From Vulcanimicrobiota bacterium (GTDB lineage Bacteria > Vulcanimicrobiota > Vulcanimicrobiia > Vulcanimicrobiales > Vulcanimicrobiaceae), in assembly GCA_963777315.1 (NCBI GenBank), contig CAVZQC010000002.1, forward strand, positions 544,001 to 608,000: a DNA stretch of 64,000 bases, in the 5' to 3' direction. Below, one piece after another: positions 9,810 through 19,181 of this stretch; position 1 is the first letter of the stretch, and every line of letters starts with the position of its first letter. The notes under the pieces were generated by a model that saw only the letters and a program-made list of their open reading frames with translations, had not been told where the DNA came from and did not search any database. Both the position numbers and the translations under genes were made by a program.

Positions 9810-11070
9810 CGCTGCACAGTTCCACGAGACCGGCCGGGAGGTCTTTTCCGATGGCGATCCGCCGGTCCGAGCGTTCGGTGAGATCGCGCAGAACGGCGTG
9901 TCCGGCCGCCAGCTCCTCGCTTCCGACGATCAGCGCAAAGCGGGCGCCGTTCTCGTCGGCGATTTTGAGCTGAGCGAGCAGTTTGCGTTCGCCGTAGTCC
10001 ATGAAGACGGGCACGCTGAGCGAGTACCGCAAAAGCGCGGCCAGGGTGACGAGCGCTTCGCGCGCCGGCTCGCCCAGCGCTATGAGCTGAATGCCGCTGC
10101 GGAGCACTTGAGCGCCCGCTCCGGATGCGGCGATGACCATGAGCAGGCGTTCCAGCCCCAAGGCAAAGCCGACCGACGGCACGTTCGGCCCGCCGAGCGC
10201 GCGAATGAGGTCGTCGTACCGGCCGCCCGCGCAGACCGTGCTTTGCGCTCCGAGCGCGTCGGATACGAATTCGAAAACCGTACGCGTGTAGTAGTCGAGA
10301 CCGCGAACAATACGCGGATTGACGGTGAACGGCAGCCCGATGCGTTCCAAATAGCGTTTGACCGCTTCGAAGTGCTCGCGGCACGGCTCGCACAGATACG
10401 CCTCGAAATGCGGCGCCGTTTCCACAAACGGCCGATCCTCGGGCGCTTTGCTGTCGAGCAGGCGCAGCGGATTACGCTCCAGTCGCCGCTGTGAATCCGC
10501 GCTGAGCTGCGCGGCATGCGGCCGGAAGTGCTCGAGCAGCGCCTGCCGATAGGCGGGGCGGCACGCCGCGTCGCCGATCGAATTCAGATTGAGCGTTGCA
10601 TCGATGCCGTAGGAGCGAAACAGATGCGTGGCCAGAGCAATGACTTCGACGTCCGCCTCGGGGCCTTTGAACCCCACGCATTCCACGCCGAATTGGTGCG
10701 ACTGCCGGTATCGTCCGGATTGCGGGCGCTCGTAGCGGAATATCGGGCCAATGTAATAGAGGCGGCGTGCGCCTTCGAACAAATTGTGCTGCAGCGCCGC
10801 ACGCACCACGGGCGCCGTCCATTCGGGGCGCAGCGCTATTCGACGGCCGCCCTTGTCTTCAAAGGCGTACATTTCTTTTTCCACGATATCCGTGGTCTCG
10901 CCCACGCCGCGCACGAATAATTCGGTCGCCTCGAACATCGGCGTACGGATTTCTCCGTAGCCGTATCGGCGCGCCAGCGCGTGGATTCGCGCTTCGACTT
11001 CTTGCCAGCGCGCGGTGTGCGGCGGGAAGAAATCTTGGGTGCCGCGCGGCGCGGCGATCTTAGCGGGCAT
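9799..11070 (-). CDS. hisS: Histidine--tRNA ligase
   Basis: PRGTQD, LRPEWTA, FRYERPQSGRYRQ, RGLDYYT, GGRYD. Confidence 0.97.
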   Translation of the reverse strand: MPAKIAAPRGTQDFFPPHTARWQEVEARIHALARRYGYGEIRTPMFEATELFVRGVGETTDIVEKEMYAFEDKGGRRIALRPEWTAPVVRAALQHNLFEGARRLYYIGPIFRYERPQSGRYRQSHQFGVECVGFKGPEADVEVIALATHLFRSYGIDATLNLNSIGDAACRPAYRQALLEHFRPHAAQLSADSQRRLERNPLRLLDSKAPEDRPFVETAPHFEAYLCEPCREHFEAVKRYLERIGLPFTVNPRIVRGLDYYTRTVFEFVSDALGAQSTVCAGGRYDDLIRALGGPNVPSVGFALGLERLLMVIAASGAGAQVLRSGIQLIALGEPAREALVTLAALLRYSLSVPVFMDYGERKLLAQLKIADENGARFALIVGSEELAAGHAVLRDLTERSDRRIAIGKDLPAGLVELCSDEA

Positions 11071-11159
11071 GGGTGCCGGAGGTGTTTACAGGGCGCTGTG
11101 CCCTCCCCTTTGCTGTCGCGCCGAAAAGAGTTGGACGGCGCGAGACGTAACCTGCCGCC

Positions 11160-12836
11160 ATGATACTGCGGGTTTTGGCCGCATCCGCGGCAGCGGCATT
11201 GGCTTTCGCAGCTTCGGGAGCACCTCTATCCGGAGTAGTCCCGGCCGCTGCGGTCGATCAGCTGCTCGCGCAGCGCATCAAGCACGTCTTCATCATCTAT
11301 CAAGAGAATCGCTCGTTCGACAGCGAGTTCGGTACGTTTCCCGGAGCGCAAGGCGTGTGGTCGCTTTCCGCTCGCACTCACGGATGGCAGCAGATCGATC
11401 CGATCACGCACCGCGCCGTAACGCCGTTTCTTCTGACCGATCCCGACGTATACTACGAGTCCAACGCTCGGGACGTGCAGCTGGCCGCGTTCGACGGCGG
11501 GCGCATGGACCGCTTCGTCGCGGCGCAGGAAGGGGCGCTGTCGAAATACGAGCCGCATGCGAACGCGCAGCAGCTGGCGTCGGTCGGTGCCGAATCGATG
11601 TATCACCTCGACTGCACGACCATTCCGTACCTCTGGGCGTACGCCAAGCGCTTCACGTTGTTCGACGATTTCTTCCAAGCGCTGCGCGGACCGTCTACGC
11701 CCAGCAACATCGAAATCATCGCCGCGCAAAACGGCTTGACGCAGTACGCGCGCAATCCCAAAACGCGCGCGAGCGCGGTAGGTAAAGCCGGCGACCCCAT
11801 CTTTTCGGATGCCGATCCGGCGTTCGGTCCGTATAACCCCGCCGACCCGCCCACCAAGACGCAGCCCGATCAAACGTATGCGAACGTGCTGCTGACCATG
11901 CAGCGGCGCGACGTGCACGGCGTCACCGCGGATGCAGACGACGTGCGTGAGGACAAAAGCGTGATCGGCCGCCTGGCGGGCAGCGCGATTCCGTGGCGCT
12001 GGTACGAAGAGGGTTACGGCGGCAGCCGGCACGTCGGCCTCGTCGCGCATCATTTGGCCCCGCAATATTTCGGCTACGTTGCGCAAAATCCGCAGATGGT
12101 CTCGGGCATGCGCGACGTTACCTCGTTCTACCGCGACCTCGCCGCCGGCGCTTTGCCCGACCGCGGGGTATTTTATCTCAAAGGCGGCTCGCACAACGCG
12201 CTCGGATTGACTCCGGCCAACAAGGATCCGTACGTGCAGGCCACGTTTCTGGGCGACGACGATCATCCCGGCTATACCGACTCGCAAATTTCGCAGGCGT
12301 TCGTCGCATCGCTGGTTTCCGCGATCGCAAAGAGCAAATACTGGAACGATTCGGCCATCGTCATAACGTGGGACGACCTGGGGGGATTCTGGGATCACGT
12401 CACGCCGCACGCCTTTGAGACGTGCCCTGACGGCAACCCCTGCGGCGACGGCGCACGCGTGCCCGCCATCGTGATCTCGCCGTATGCAAAGAGCGGGGTC
12501 ATCGTGCACGAGCTGAACGATCAGGACTCGGTCGTGAAGTTCGTTGAAACGGTGTTCGATTTGCCGGCGCTGGCATCGCTGCCCGACGAACAAAGATACC
12601 TGCCGCTCGGGCCGCGCGACGGCAACGCGCTGATTTCCAATCTGCGCGATGCGTTCGATTACGGCAGGCTGTCCGGAAAACGCGCGCCGCTGTCTGCATC
12701 GGGCGCTATTTTTTCCGATGCGACCATACGAACGATTCCGGCTCCGCTGTCGTGCCGCGACATCGGCGTAACGCCCGTCCCGCCGCCGCCGGGCGTGAGC
12801 GAGTCTGCGCCGCCTGGATTCGATCCTCGTCCCTAG
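11160..12836 (+). CDS. Secreted phosphoesterase (phospholipase C/AcpA family)
   Basis: Signal peptide; IKHVFIIYQENRSFD, GPSTPSN, DDHPG, ITWDDLGGFWDHV, GARVPAIVISPYAK. Confidence 0.88.
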   Translation: MILRVLAASAAAALAFAASGAPLSGVVPAAAVDQLLAQRIKHVFIIYQENRSFDSEFGTFPGAQGVWSLSARTHGWQQIDPITHRAVTPFLLTDPDVYYESNARDVQLAAFDGGRMDRFVAAQEGALSKYEPHANAQQLASVGAESMYHLDCTTIPYLWAYAKRFTLFDDFFQALRGPSTPSNIEIIAAQNGLTQYARNPKTRASAVGKAGDPIFSDADPAFGPYNPADPPTKTQPDQTYANVLLTMQRRDVHGVTADADDVREDKSVIGRLAGSAIPWRWYEEGYGGSRHVGLVAHHLAPQYFGYVAQNPQMVSGMRDVTSFYRDLAAGALPDRGVFYLKGGSHNALGLTPANKDPYVQATFLGDDDHPGYTDSQISQAFVASLVSAIAKSKYWNDSAIVITWDDLGGFWDHVTPHAFETCPDGNPCGDGARVPAIVISPYAKSGVIVHELNDQDSVVKFVETVFDLPALASLPDEQRYLPLGPRDGNALISNLRDAFDYGRLSGKRAPLSASGAIFSDATIRTIPAPLSCRDIGVTPVPPPPGVSESAPPGFDPRP

Positions 12837-12843
12837 CGCACGC

Positions 12844-15135
12844 CTAAGTCCCGGGTTGCCCTCCCGCCCGAAAGAGATATTTGATGATAAACCGGTCGAG
12901 CGTGTAGGGCGATGCCGGCGTACCGAAATTCACGAACAGTTCGTCGCCGCTGCGAAAACGGCGGTGATAGGCGGCGGCGAAATTCGTGCCGGGCAGCGCA
13001 AATCCGCCGTTGCCGTTGATGGCTCGCAGTGAGAAGGTGAGATTCTGATCGCGGCCGAGCAGCACGCCGACCGAAACGCGCCGCAGCCACTGCGAATCGT
13101 ACTGGCCGCCGGCAATTGCCCGCTCGAACGTGCCGTCGTATTCCAGCCCGAGCGAAAGAAGACGACCGATCGGACGCGACGTCGAGAGCGTGTACAAGTG
13201 CACGTAATCCGGTCCGTCGTCGGCTGCTCCCAGCAGACCGTACCCAAAGCGACCGTATGAGACCGACGCGTCGATCGGCGCAGGCGTTCCGTCGCCGTAG
13301 CCTACGGGTATCGCCATCAGATCGAACGTGTCGGTGCGGCCGCAAAAATATGTGGGGTAGCCGGTGAAGTACGAGCGCGGCAGCGACGGATCGGCGCAAT
13401 TGGTGCCGGTCGCTTGCGGATCGACCAGCGCGTAACTGCGCAGCTCCCCGATGACCGGCCCCAATCCATCTATCGAAAACCCGTTTCGCAGCGTGGCGGT
13501 GAGCGTCAGGTCGAAATCGGCTTGATGCGCTGCGCCCGACCGATCGACGTACCGATCGGCATTGAACTGCAGCTCGTAATTTTTGACGTACGGCGTGGCG
13601 CCGGCTCCCCAGGCGTAGAGCGACGGACCGCGCACGTCCGAGTCCGCGGTGAAACCATCGATCGGATTGTAGAACGGCGAAATGTCCTGGTATCCCGCGT
13701 TCCACTCATAGTTCTGTTTGTGCACGTCGATGAAACCGTTGGTGTTGTGTGCGGTGCGCACCGGATTCCACGAACCGCTCTCCGTTGCATCGTCGAGCGC
13801 CCAAACGAAGCCCGTTTTGAGATTTCGCCCGGCCACGCCGAATTCGCCGGTCGTGTCGTTTCCGGACACGCTGTGATGCGCGATGACGCCGTCGGCCCAG
13901 TACAGAAAAGTACGGTCCTGCAGCGCGTGCTTGTACCCGAACGCCGTATCGTCGAACGTGTTGCCGGTCAGACCGTCGAAGCCGCGAAAATTGAGAACGC
14001 CGAAGGATTGTTTTCCGAACGTGCCCTCGACTTTCTCGCCGCGGTCGAACGCGCCGATTCCGGGCGAATAGAACGCGACGTTGTTGTTCGTAGCTGCGGC
14101 ATTGGCATTGATGAAGCTCGCGCCTTGAGCAAAAAACGGACGGTACTCCTGCAGGCTGCGCCGAAACTCTTGCGGCGCAATCGTTTGCTGATCGATTTCG
14201 ACGTTCGAAAAATCCGGATTGAGCGTACCCACGAAGTTGATCGTCTGAGTCAGCGGATAACTGACGTCCAGGCCGGTAACGCGCACGTTCTGCGCTGCGA
14301 ACACGCCGCTACCTTGCTGAAAAACGTCGCGGTCGCGCCCCATGCTCTGCAAGGCGTACAACTCGGCTCGCGGCTTGGCGCGCGCCGCGCGCAGCATGTC
14401 GGCGCTCACGCGCACGCCGGTCCACGACGCCCAGTACCGCGTGTCGAAAAAATTCGGCCAGCCGTTGCCGATGGGGCCATCCTGCATCACGCCGTTGTAC
14501 GCCCACGTGTAGTGTTCGGCCGAAGCTGCGACGTTGCGGATGAAATTGATGCGCCAAGTCTGCGGCGAACCGGGATGGATGCGCATCACATCGAGCGGAA
14601 TGACGAAAACGGCGCTCCAGCTCGAGCCGCGAACCGCCGACGAGACTTTCCACGTGGGACGATAACGGCTGTTTTCGTTGGCCTGTTCGTAGCGCACACC
14701 GCGCGGGCTGGCTTCGAAGTAGTACGTTTGCGTGCCCACGCCGCTGGTGTCCACGCCCACGCCCACGAAATCGTCCAACCCGAATCCTACGTCGTCGGTC
14801 GTTTGGGTCGCGACGATGGGCGTACCGGCTTGCTCGCAGCTGAACGCGACGTAGAGATTGCGCGCATCGTAGAGCATGCGGACGGACGTGGCGTTCGGCG
14901 CTCGCGCGTGGGTCGTGAGATCGAAAAAACCGCCCGGTGCAGGAATGTCGCCGCCGTGCCAGCCCGGATCGTCCGGCGCCGGATCCATCGGCGGCGGTTT
15001 GAGCGCTTGAACCGCCGGCACGGAGAAATCCGTCGGCACCGCGGCCGTCGCCGGTGCCGTCAGCAGACCTGCGATCGCTGCCGCGAGCGCCAATAACGCC
15101 CGGGCCCGCGCCGATTCCGGGACACGATCGAGCAC
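12844..15135 (-). CDS. Secreted protein with CBM9-like sugar-binding domain and DUF5916-like outer-membrane barrel region
   Basis: Signal peptide; TSVRMLYDARNLYVAF, WSAVFVIPL, WRINFIRN; TLNPDFSNVEID...EYRPFFAQGA; beta-strand-rich C-terminus. Start uncertain (15135 fits a leaderless promoter). Confidence 0.7.
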   Translation of the reverse strand: MLDRVPESARARALLALAAAIAGLLTAPATAAVPTDFSVPAVQALKPPPMDPAPDDPGWHGGDIPAPGGFFDLTTHARAPNATSVRMLYDARNLYVAFSCEQAGTPIVATQTTDDVGFGLDDFVGVGVDTSGVGTQTYYFEASPRGVRYEQANENSRYRPTWKVSSAVRGSSWSAVFVIPLDVMRIHPGSPQTWRINFIRNVAASAEHYTWAYNGVMQDGPIGNGWPNFFDTRYWASWTGVRVSADMLRAARAKPRAELYALQSMGRDRDVFQQGSGVFAAQNVRVTGLDVSYPLTQTINFVGTLNPDFSNVEIDQQTIAPQEFRRSLQEYRPFFAQGASFINANAAATNNNVAFYSPGIGAFDRGEKVEGTFGKQSFGVLNFRGFDGLTGNTFDDTAFGYKHALQDRTFLYWADGVIAHHSVSGNDTTGEFGVAGRNLKTGFVWALDDATESGSWNPVRTAHNTNGFIDVHKQNYEWNAGYQDISPFYNPIDGFTADSDVRGPSLYAWGAGATPYVKNYELQFNADRYVDRSGAAHQADFDLTLTATLRNGFSIDGLGPVIGELRSYALVDPQATGTNCADPSLPRSYFTGYPTYFCGRTDTFDLMAIPVGYGDGTPAPIDASVSYGRFGYGLLGAADDGPDYVHLYTLSTSRPIGRLLSLGLEYDGTFERAIAGGQYDSQWLRRVSVGVLLGRDQNLTFSLRAINGNGGFALPGTNFAAAYHRRFRSGDELFVNFGTPASPYTLDRFIIKYLFRAGGQPGT

Positions 15136-15216
15136 GGATGTAAGCCTACCCCGGAGGCCGTGCGGCAAGTCTTGAGAAATCCATCAAATCGTTCGTGACG
15201 CGGCAAGGGAGCCATC

Positions 15217-16626
15217 ATGACACTGTACCGGTTCGGGCCGTTCAGCCTGGAGAAAACTTCGCTGCTGGTGTTTTTGGACGGCGCCCCGCTGTCGCTCGGG
15301 CCCAAAGTCGTCGAGACCCTGCTCGCGCTCGTCGAGCGTCCCGGTGAGGTCATTTCGAAAGCCGAACTGCTCGATCGGATTTGGCCCGAAGGCTACGTCG
15401 AAGAAGCCAATCTCGCGCAAAACATCTACGTCATTCGCAAAACGCTGCGCGCGCATTGGAAGCAGCGGGCCATCGAAACCGTTCCGCGGCGCGGCTACCG
15501 GTTTTCCGGTGAAGTCTGCGTGCAACGCTTGGAAAATTCGGCGCAGGATCGTTGGAGCGCAAAGCGGCGCTACTGGCCCGGCGCGGCTGCAGCGCTTGCG
15601 CTCGTGCTCGCGGTAGCCGGCGGCGGATGGCTAGGCATATCTCGCGCGCATGCCGGCCGCGGGCTTACCGAGGGCCTGCCGAACTCCGAAGCGCGGCTGT
15701 ATGCCATGGGCAAGTTCTATTGGAATCAGCGCACCGAATCCGGCGTAGCCAAAAGCCTGCGGTATTTCCGTGCGATGCTGGCGCGCAATCCTCGGGATGC
15801 GCGCGGCTATGCGGGCCTCGCGTGCGCGTACGCGATCCAAGGCGACTATGGATTTGGTTCGTCGGCGCCGCACGTGGCTTTCGCGCGCGCCGCTGCGAGC
15901 GCGCGCCGGGCACTGGCCATCGATCCGAGTTCATCGCAGGCGCATGCAGTTCTGGGACTGATTGCGGTCGATCGGCACGACATTACCGCAGGGCAAGTCG
16001 AATACCGGCGCGCGATCGCGCTGGATCCGAACAACGCTGCAGCGCACCAATGGTACGGCGCATCGATGCTGCTGGTCGGCAACACGGCCGCAGCCTTCGT
16101 CGAACTGCGGCGTGCTGCCGTGCTCGATCCCGAATCCGTTGCGACGGCCGCTTGGCTTTCCGAGGCGTCGTACGTGGGCCGCCGGTACAACGACGCCATC
16201 GCGTACGCGCGCCAGACGCTCGACCTGTCGCCGCAGCGGTACAGCGCTTATCAGATCATCGGAACGGCGTACGAAGCAATGGGCGATTATCGGCGAGCCG
16301 CTGCAGCGTACCGGACGTACGCGCGCACGTGCCGCGACTGCCGGTACGACGCGGCCGCTTTGCTCGCTCATGCCTACGCCGCAACCGGGCGGTACGAGCT
16401 CGCCACGCACGAGCTGCGGCAGGCTCAGCGAGGCGCGGCGACGGGCATGATTACATCCGACAATCTCGTGGCCGCGCTCATCGCGCTCGGCCGCAGAAAC
16501 GACGCTCTCGCCATGCTGCGCAAAGCGCAAGATTCGCGGCCCGGCGGTTTGCTCGCACTGGATCCGCGTATGGATCCGGTGCGCACGGATTCACGCTTTC
16601 GACGCTACACCCAAGGCCCGGGATAA
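15217..16626 (+). CDS. CadC/ToxR-like regulator: winged-helix DNA-binding domain, transmembrane helix, TPR repeats
   Basis: YRFGPF...LLALVERPGEVISKAELLDRIW...EANLAQNIYVIRK...IETVPRRGYRF; hydrophobic AAALALVLAVAGGGWLG; TPR-like repeats. Confidence 0.85.
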   Translation: MTLYRFGPFSLEKTSLLVFLDGAPLSLGPKVVETLLALVERPGEVISKAELLDRIWPEGYVEEANLAQNIYVIRKTLRAHWKQRAIETVPRRGYRFSGEVCVQRLENSAQDRWSAKRRYWPGAAAALALVLAVAGGGWLGISRAHAGRGLTEGLPNSEARLYAMGKFYWNQRTESGVAKSLRYFRAMLARNPRDARGYAGLACAYAIQGDYGFGSSAPHVAFARAAASARRALAIDPSSSQAHAVLGLIAVDRHDITAGQVEYRRAIALDPNNAAAHQWYGASMLLVGNTAAAFVELRRAAVLDPESVATAAWLSEASYVGRRYNDAIAYARQTLDLSPQRYSAYQIIGTAYEAMGDYRRAAAAYRTYARTCRDCRYDAAALLAHAYAATGRYELATHELRQAQRGAATGMITSDNLVAALIALGRRNDALAMLRKAQDSRPGGLLALDPRMDPVRTDSRFRRYTQGPG

Positions 16627-17097
16627 ATGCCGCGTCTGCCGGCGCTGGATGCGCAGTTCGCCGGCACGCAGGACGTTCTGCTGCGCACTCTAGCCGCCAG
16701 TCCGGCGATTGCGTCCAGCGCACTGGCGCACGCGCACGCCGTGATGGACGCCGGCGCCGTGCCTTCACTGACCAAGGAACTGTGCGCGGTCATGGTCGCG
16801 GGGATCGGCTTTTGCCGGCCTGCGCTGGTCGCGCATCGCAAACGCGCGCGTCGAGCCGGTGCGAGCGCAGATATGCTCAGCGCTCTGTGGAACTACGCGC
16901 GCAGCGATTGTTTTACCGCCGCGCAAAAAGCGGCGCTGGATGCGGCCGTCGCCCTCACTCGCGAGCCGCGTGGACTGCCGGAAACGATTTGGGGCGCTTT
17001 GCGCGATCACTACGACGACGCGCAGATCGTCGAACTGCTGTGCGCCGTCGGTTTGGCGAACTACTTCGACCGCGTGAGCAATGCGCTGTTGGTTTAA
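16627..17097 (+). CDS. Carboxymuconolactone decarboxylase/AhpD-like protein
   Basis: KELCAVMVA...C..ALVAH, ALRDHYDDAQIVEL...NYFDRV. Confidence 0.8.
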   Translation: MPRLPALDAQFAGTQDVLLRTLAASPAIASSALAHAHAVMDAGAVPSLTKELCAVMVAGIGFCRPALVAHRKRARRAGASADMLSALWNYARSDCFTAAQKAALDAAVALTREPRGLPETIWGALRDHYDDAQIVELLCAVGLANYFDRVSNALLV

Positions 17098-17105
17098 CGG
17101 TTGGT

Positions 17106-18512
17106 TTAGCCCGCGCCCGCGCGCGCGAGCACGCGCTCGGTTTTGATCAGGCGCGTTCCCGACAGCTTGTCGTGCAGAAACACGCGTGAAAATGGACTCA
17201 GGGGGATGATGATCCAACACAGCAGCAGTCCGAGCGCGTATCGCCACAGGCTTTGAACGATGCCCGGCCTGCCGAAGTCCAGCGTGACGACCTTCAAACC
17301 GATGACCATCATGCCCGGCGTCTGTCCGGCAAGACCGACGAGCAAACCGAAATACAAGCACACCTCCACGGGCAAAAGCGCGCCGGTCGCGCTCGCGCGC
17401 ACGTCGCTCCACTTGAGGGCCGTACGGCCGAATGCGATGCCGGCGCTATGGATCTGCCACGAACCGATTCCGAATATCTGATCGGATGCAAGTACTTGGG
17501 CGTCCCGCGGCGCGCTCGCCGTCGTTCGCGCGGATTTGTCGTCGACCACAACGGCGGTGTGACCCGAAACGCCGAGCAGCGTCGTGATGAGCGCCTGCAC
17601 GATGATCCAATCGATGACGACCGCGCTGACCCGTCGCCACCAGCCGGCACAGTCGCGGGTCGTCACCGTCGCGCCGCGCGACTGCGGTGCCGGCTGCGGG
17701 GGCTGCCGGCTTTCGCTCAAAAAGCGCGCTTCGTGCGCGCGATACAGTTCGGATGCAAAAAATTCGCGCATCGCCTCGATGCGCCGCGTCGCATAAGGCA
17801 TCGAGCCTAGCCATTCGCCCAAGCGCAAAACGGTGTCCGCCTGCACTTCGCGCGACTGCTCGGCGAATACGAGGTGATCGATTTTGCGCCCGAACGCATG
17901 AAACGATCCGATGATGATCGCCCGCATCGCAGCGTCGATCGAGCCGCAGCACAATAGCCCGACCCGATCGCAGGTGAGCTCGGTTTTGCGCAGCCACGCG
18001 CCGAAGATCAGCGAGACGAGGGGGTTCTCGTTGCCGTTGACGCTGAGCAGCGAGGTGAACCGCGCGTGTCCGGACGCGATGTGGCCCAGTTCGCGGCCGA
18101 CCATGAAAGACAACTCGTCGTCGCGGAAATGTTCGATCCAGTTGCTGGAAAGCACCAGCGAGTACGGCTCCCCCAAACCGACCGTGACGATTGGTACGAA
18201 GGGATCGTCGCGCACGAACACCATCGGCACGGGCAGATCCAGACCGGCGGCGCAGCGCTCGACGATCGCAAACACGCGTGGATACTGCGCTTGGTGAATG
18301 CGCACGCTGCTGCCGACCAGACGGCCCCGCGCCAACGTCACGTAGACCATTGCGATCACCAGCAGAACCGCGATTTGCGAGGGGTGGATGTCTTCCCGAA
18401 GCACGAAACCGATGGCCGCTGCCGCCGGGAATGCAAACAGCAGGGTGAGATAAAACGCGGGGCGCTCCCCCCGGTACGTCAGCGATAGCGGCCCCCGGAA
18501 AAGGTCTTGCAT
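17106..18512 (-). CDS. M48-peptidase-like domain fused to RDD domain (zinc motif reads RELGH)
   Basis: DELSFMVGRELGH, WLRKTELTCDRVGLL, PYATRRI; RDD motifs AGWWRRVSAVVID, GQTPGMMVIGLKVV, LHDKLSGT. Confidence 0.8.
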   Translation of the reverse strand: MQDLFRGPLSLTYRGERPAFYLTLLFAFPAAAAIGFVLREDIHPSQIAVLLVIAMVYVTLARGRLVGSSVRIHQAQYPRVFAIVERCAAGLDLPVPMVFVRDDPFVPIVTVGLGEPYSLVLSSNWIEHFRDDELSFMVGRELGHIASGHARFTSLLSVNGNENPLVSLIFGAWLRKTELTCDRVGLLCCGSIDAAMRAIIIGSFHAFGRKIDHLVFAEQSREVQADTVLRLGEWLGSMPYATRRIEAMREFFASELYRAHEARFLSESRQPPQPAPQSRGATVTTRDCAGWWRRVSAVVIDWIIVQALITTLLGVSGHTAVVVDDKSARTTASAPRDAQVLASDQIFGIGSWQIHSAGIAFGRTALKWSDVRASATGALLPVEVCLYFGLLVGLAGQTPGMMVIGLKVVTLDFGRPGIVQSLWRYALGLLLCWIIIPLSPFSRVFLHDKLSGTRLIKTERVLARAGAG

Positions 18513-18563
18513 GTTCGTGCGGGCGGGTTTCGCTGGTCGATGAACGGGCCCCGTCGCGCCCCC

Positions 18564-18607
18564 TTGACATCCCCGAATTCCGTGCTATCGTACTAGTACG
18601 CTAGTAC
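18564..18607 (+). promoter_or_regulatory. Sigma70-type promoter with overlapping palindromic YtrA-type operator
   Basis: TTGACA 18564-18569, TGc-TATCGT 18586-18591; perfect inverted repeat GTACTAG-N4-CTAGTAC 18590-18607. Confidence 0.75.
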
Positions 18608-18650
18608 AACAGAATATTGGTGTACGGGCAAGAGAGCGAGGAAAATACCC

Positions 18651-18767
18651 ATGGTCACGCGTCTACATCGTCACCTTCCCGACAACGCGGCCGAGCGCCC
18701 CCGGCCCACGTTTCCGAGCGAGCGCCAGACAACCGGCCTGTTCTTAGGCTGGGGCCCGAAGATTTAA
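18651..18767 (+). CDS. Putative 38-aa small protein leading the ytrA-like operon
   Basis: GAGGAAA RBS, then ATG: MVTRLHRHLPDNAAERPRPTFPSERQTTGLFLGWGPKI-stop, ending 12 nt before the GntR start. Confidence 0.45.
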   Translation: MVTRLHRHLPDNAAERPRPTFPSERQTTGLFLGWGPKI

Positions 18768-18779
18768 CGGCCCGCGGGC

Positions 18780-19181
18780 ATGCCTGCAGTCTTAACGGTC
18801 GACACGCGCAGCGGCGTCCCGATTTACCTGCAAATCGTCGAGCAGGTAAAGCGCTCGGTCGCTCTGGGCGTGCTGGCCCCGGGCGAACAGCTGCCCACGG
18901 TAAAGCAATTGGCGCTGGATCTCACCGTCAACCCGAATACCGTGGGCCGCGCATACCGCGAACTCGAGCGCGATGAAGTGATTCAGACCGCTCCCGGCCG
19001 CGGATCGTTCGTCCGCGCCAACGGGACGGCGGTTTCGCCCGCCCGTGCGGCGGCGAGCGACGTCGCCGCCGAAGCGCTAGCGCAGGCGGTGCGCGAGGTC
19101 AAATCCCTGGGCTTGACGCCCGCACAAGCTCGCGAACATTTTGAAGCCGCGCTCGCGCGGTGGTTTCCGGAGGAAGCATGA
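18780..19181 (+). CDS. GntR family regulator, YtrA subfamily
   Basis: VPIYLQIVEQ, GEQLPTVKQLA, VNPNTVGRAYRELE, GRGSFV; short C-terminus; ABC genes follow. Confidence 0.92.
   Translation: MPAVLTVDTRSGVPIYLQIVEQVKRSVALGVLAPGEQLPTVKQLALDLTVNPNTVGRAYRELERDEVIQTAPGRGSFVRANGTAVSPARAAASDVAAEALAQAVREVKSLGLTPAQAREHFEAALARWFPEEA

Noticed and set aside
11226..15096. Long antisense ORFs (e.g. 11226-12593, 13414-15096; also 25701-27248 and 39667-41130)
   Set aside because: Shadow ORFs expected from high-GC codon bias opposite well-supported genes; no recognisable motifs.
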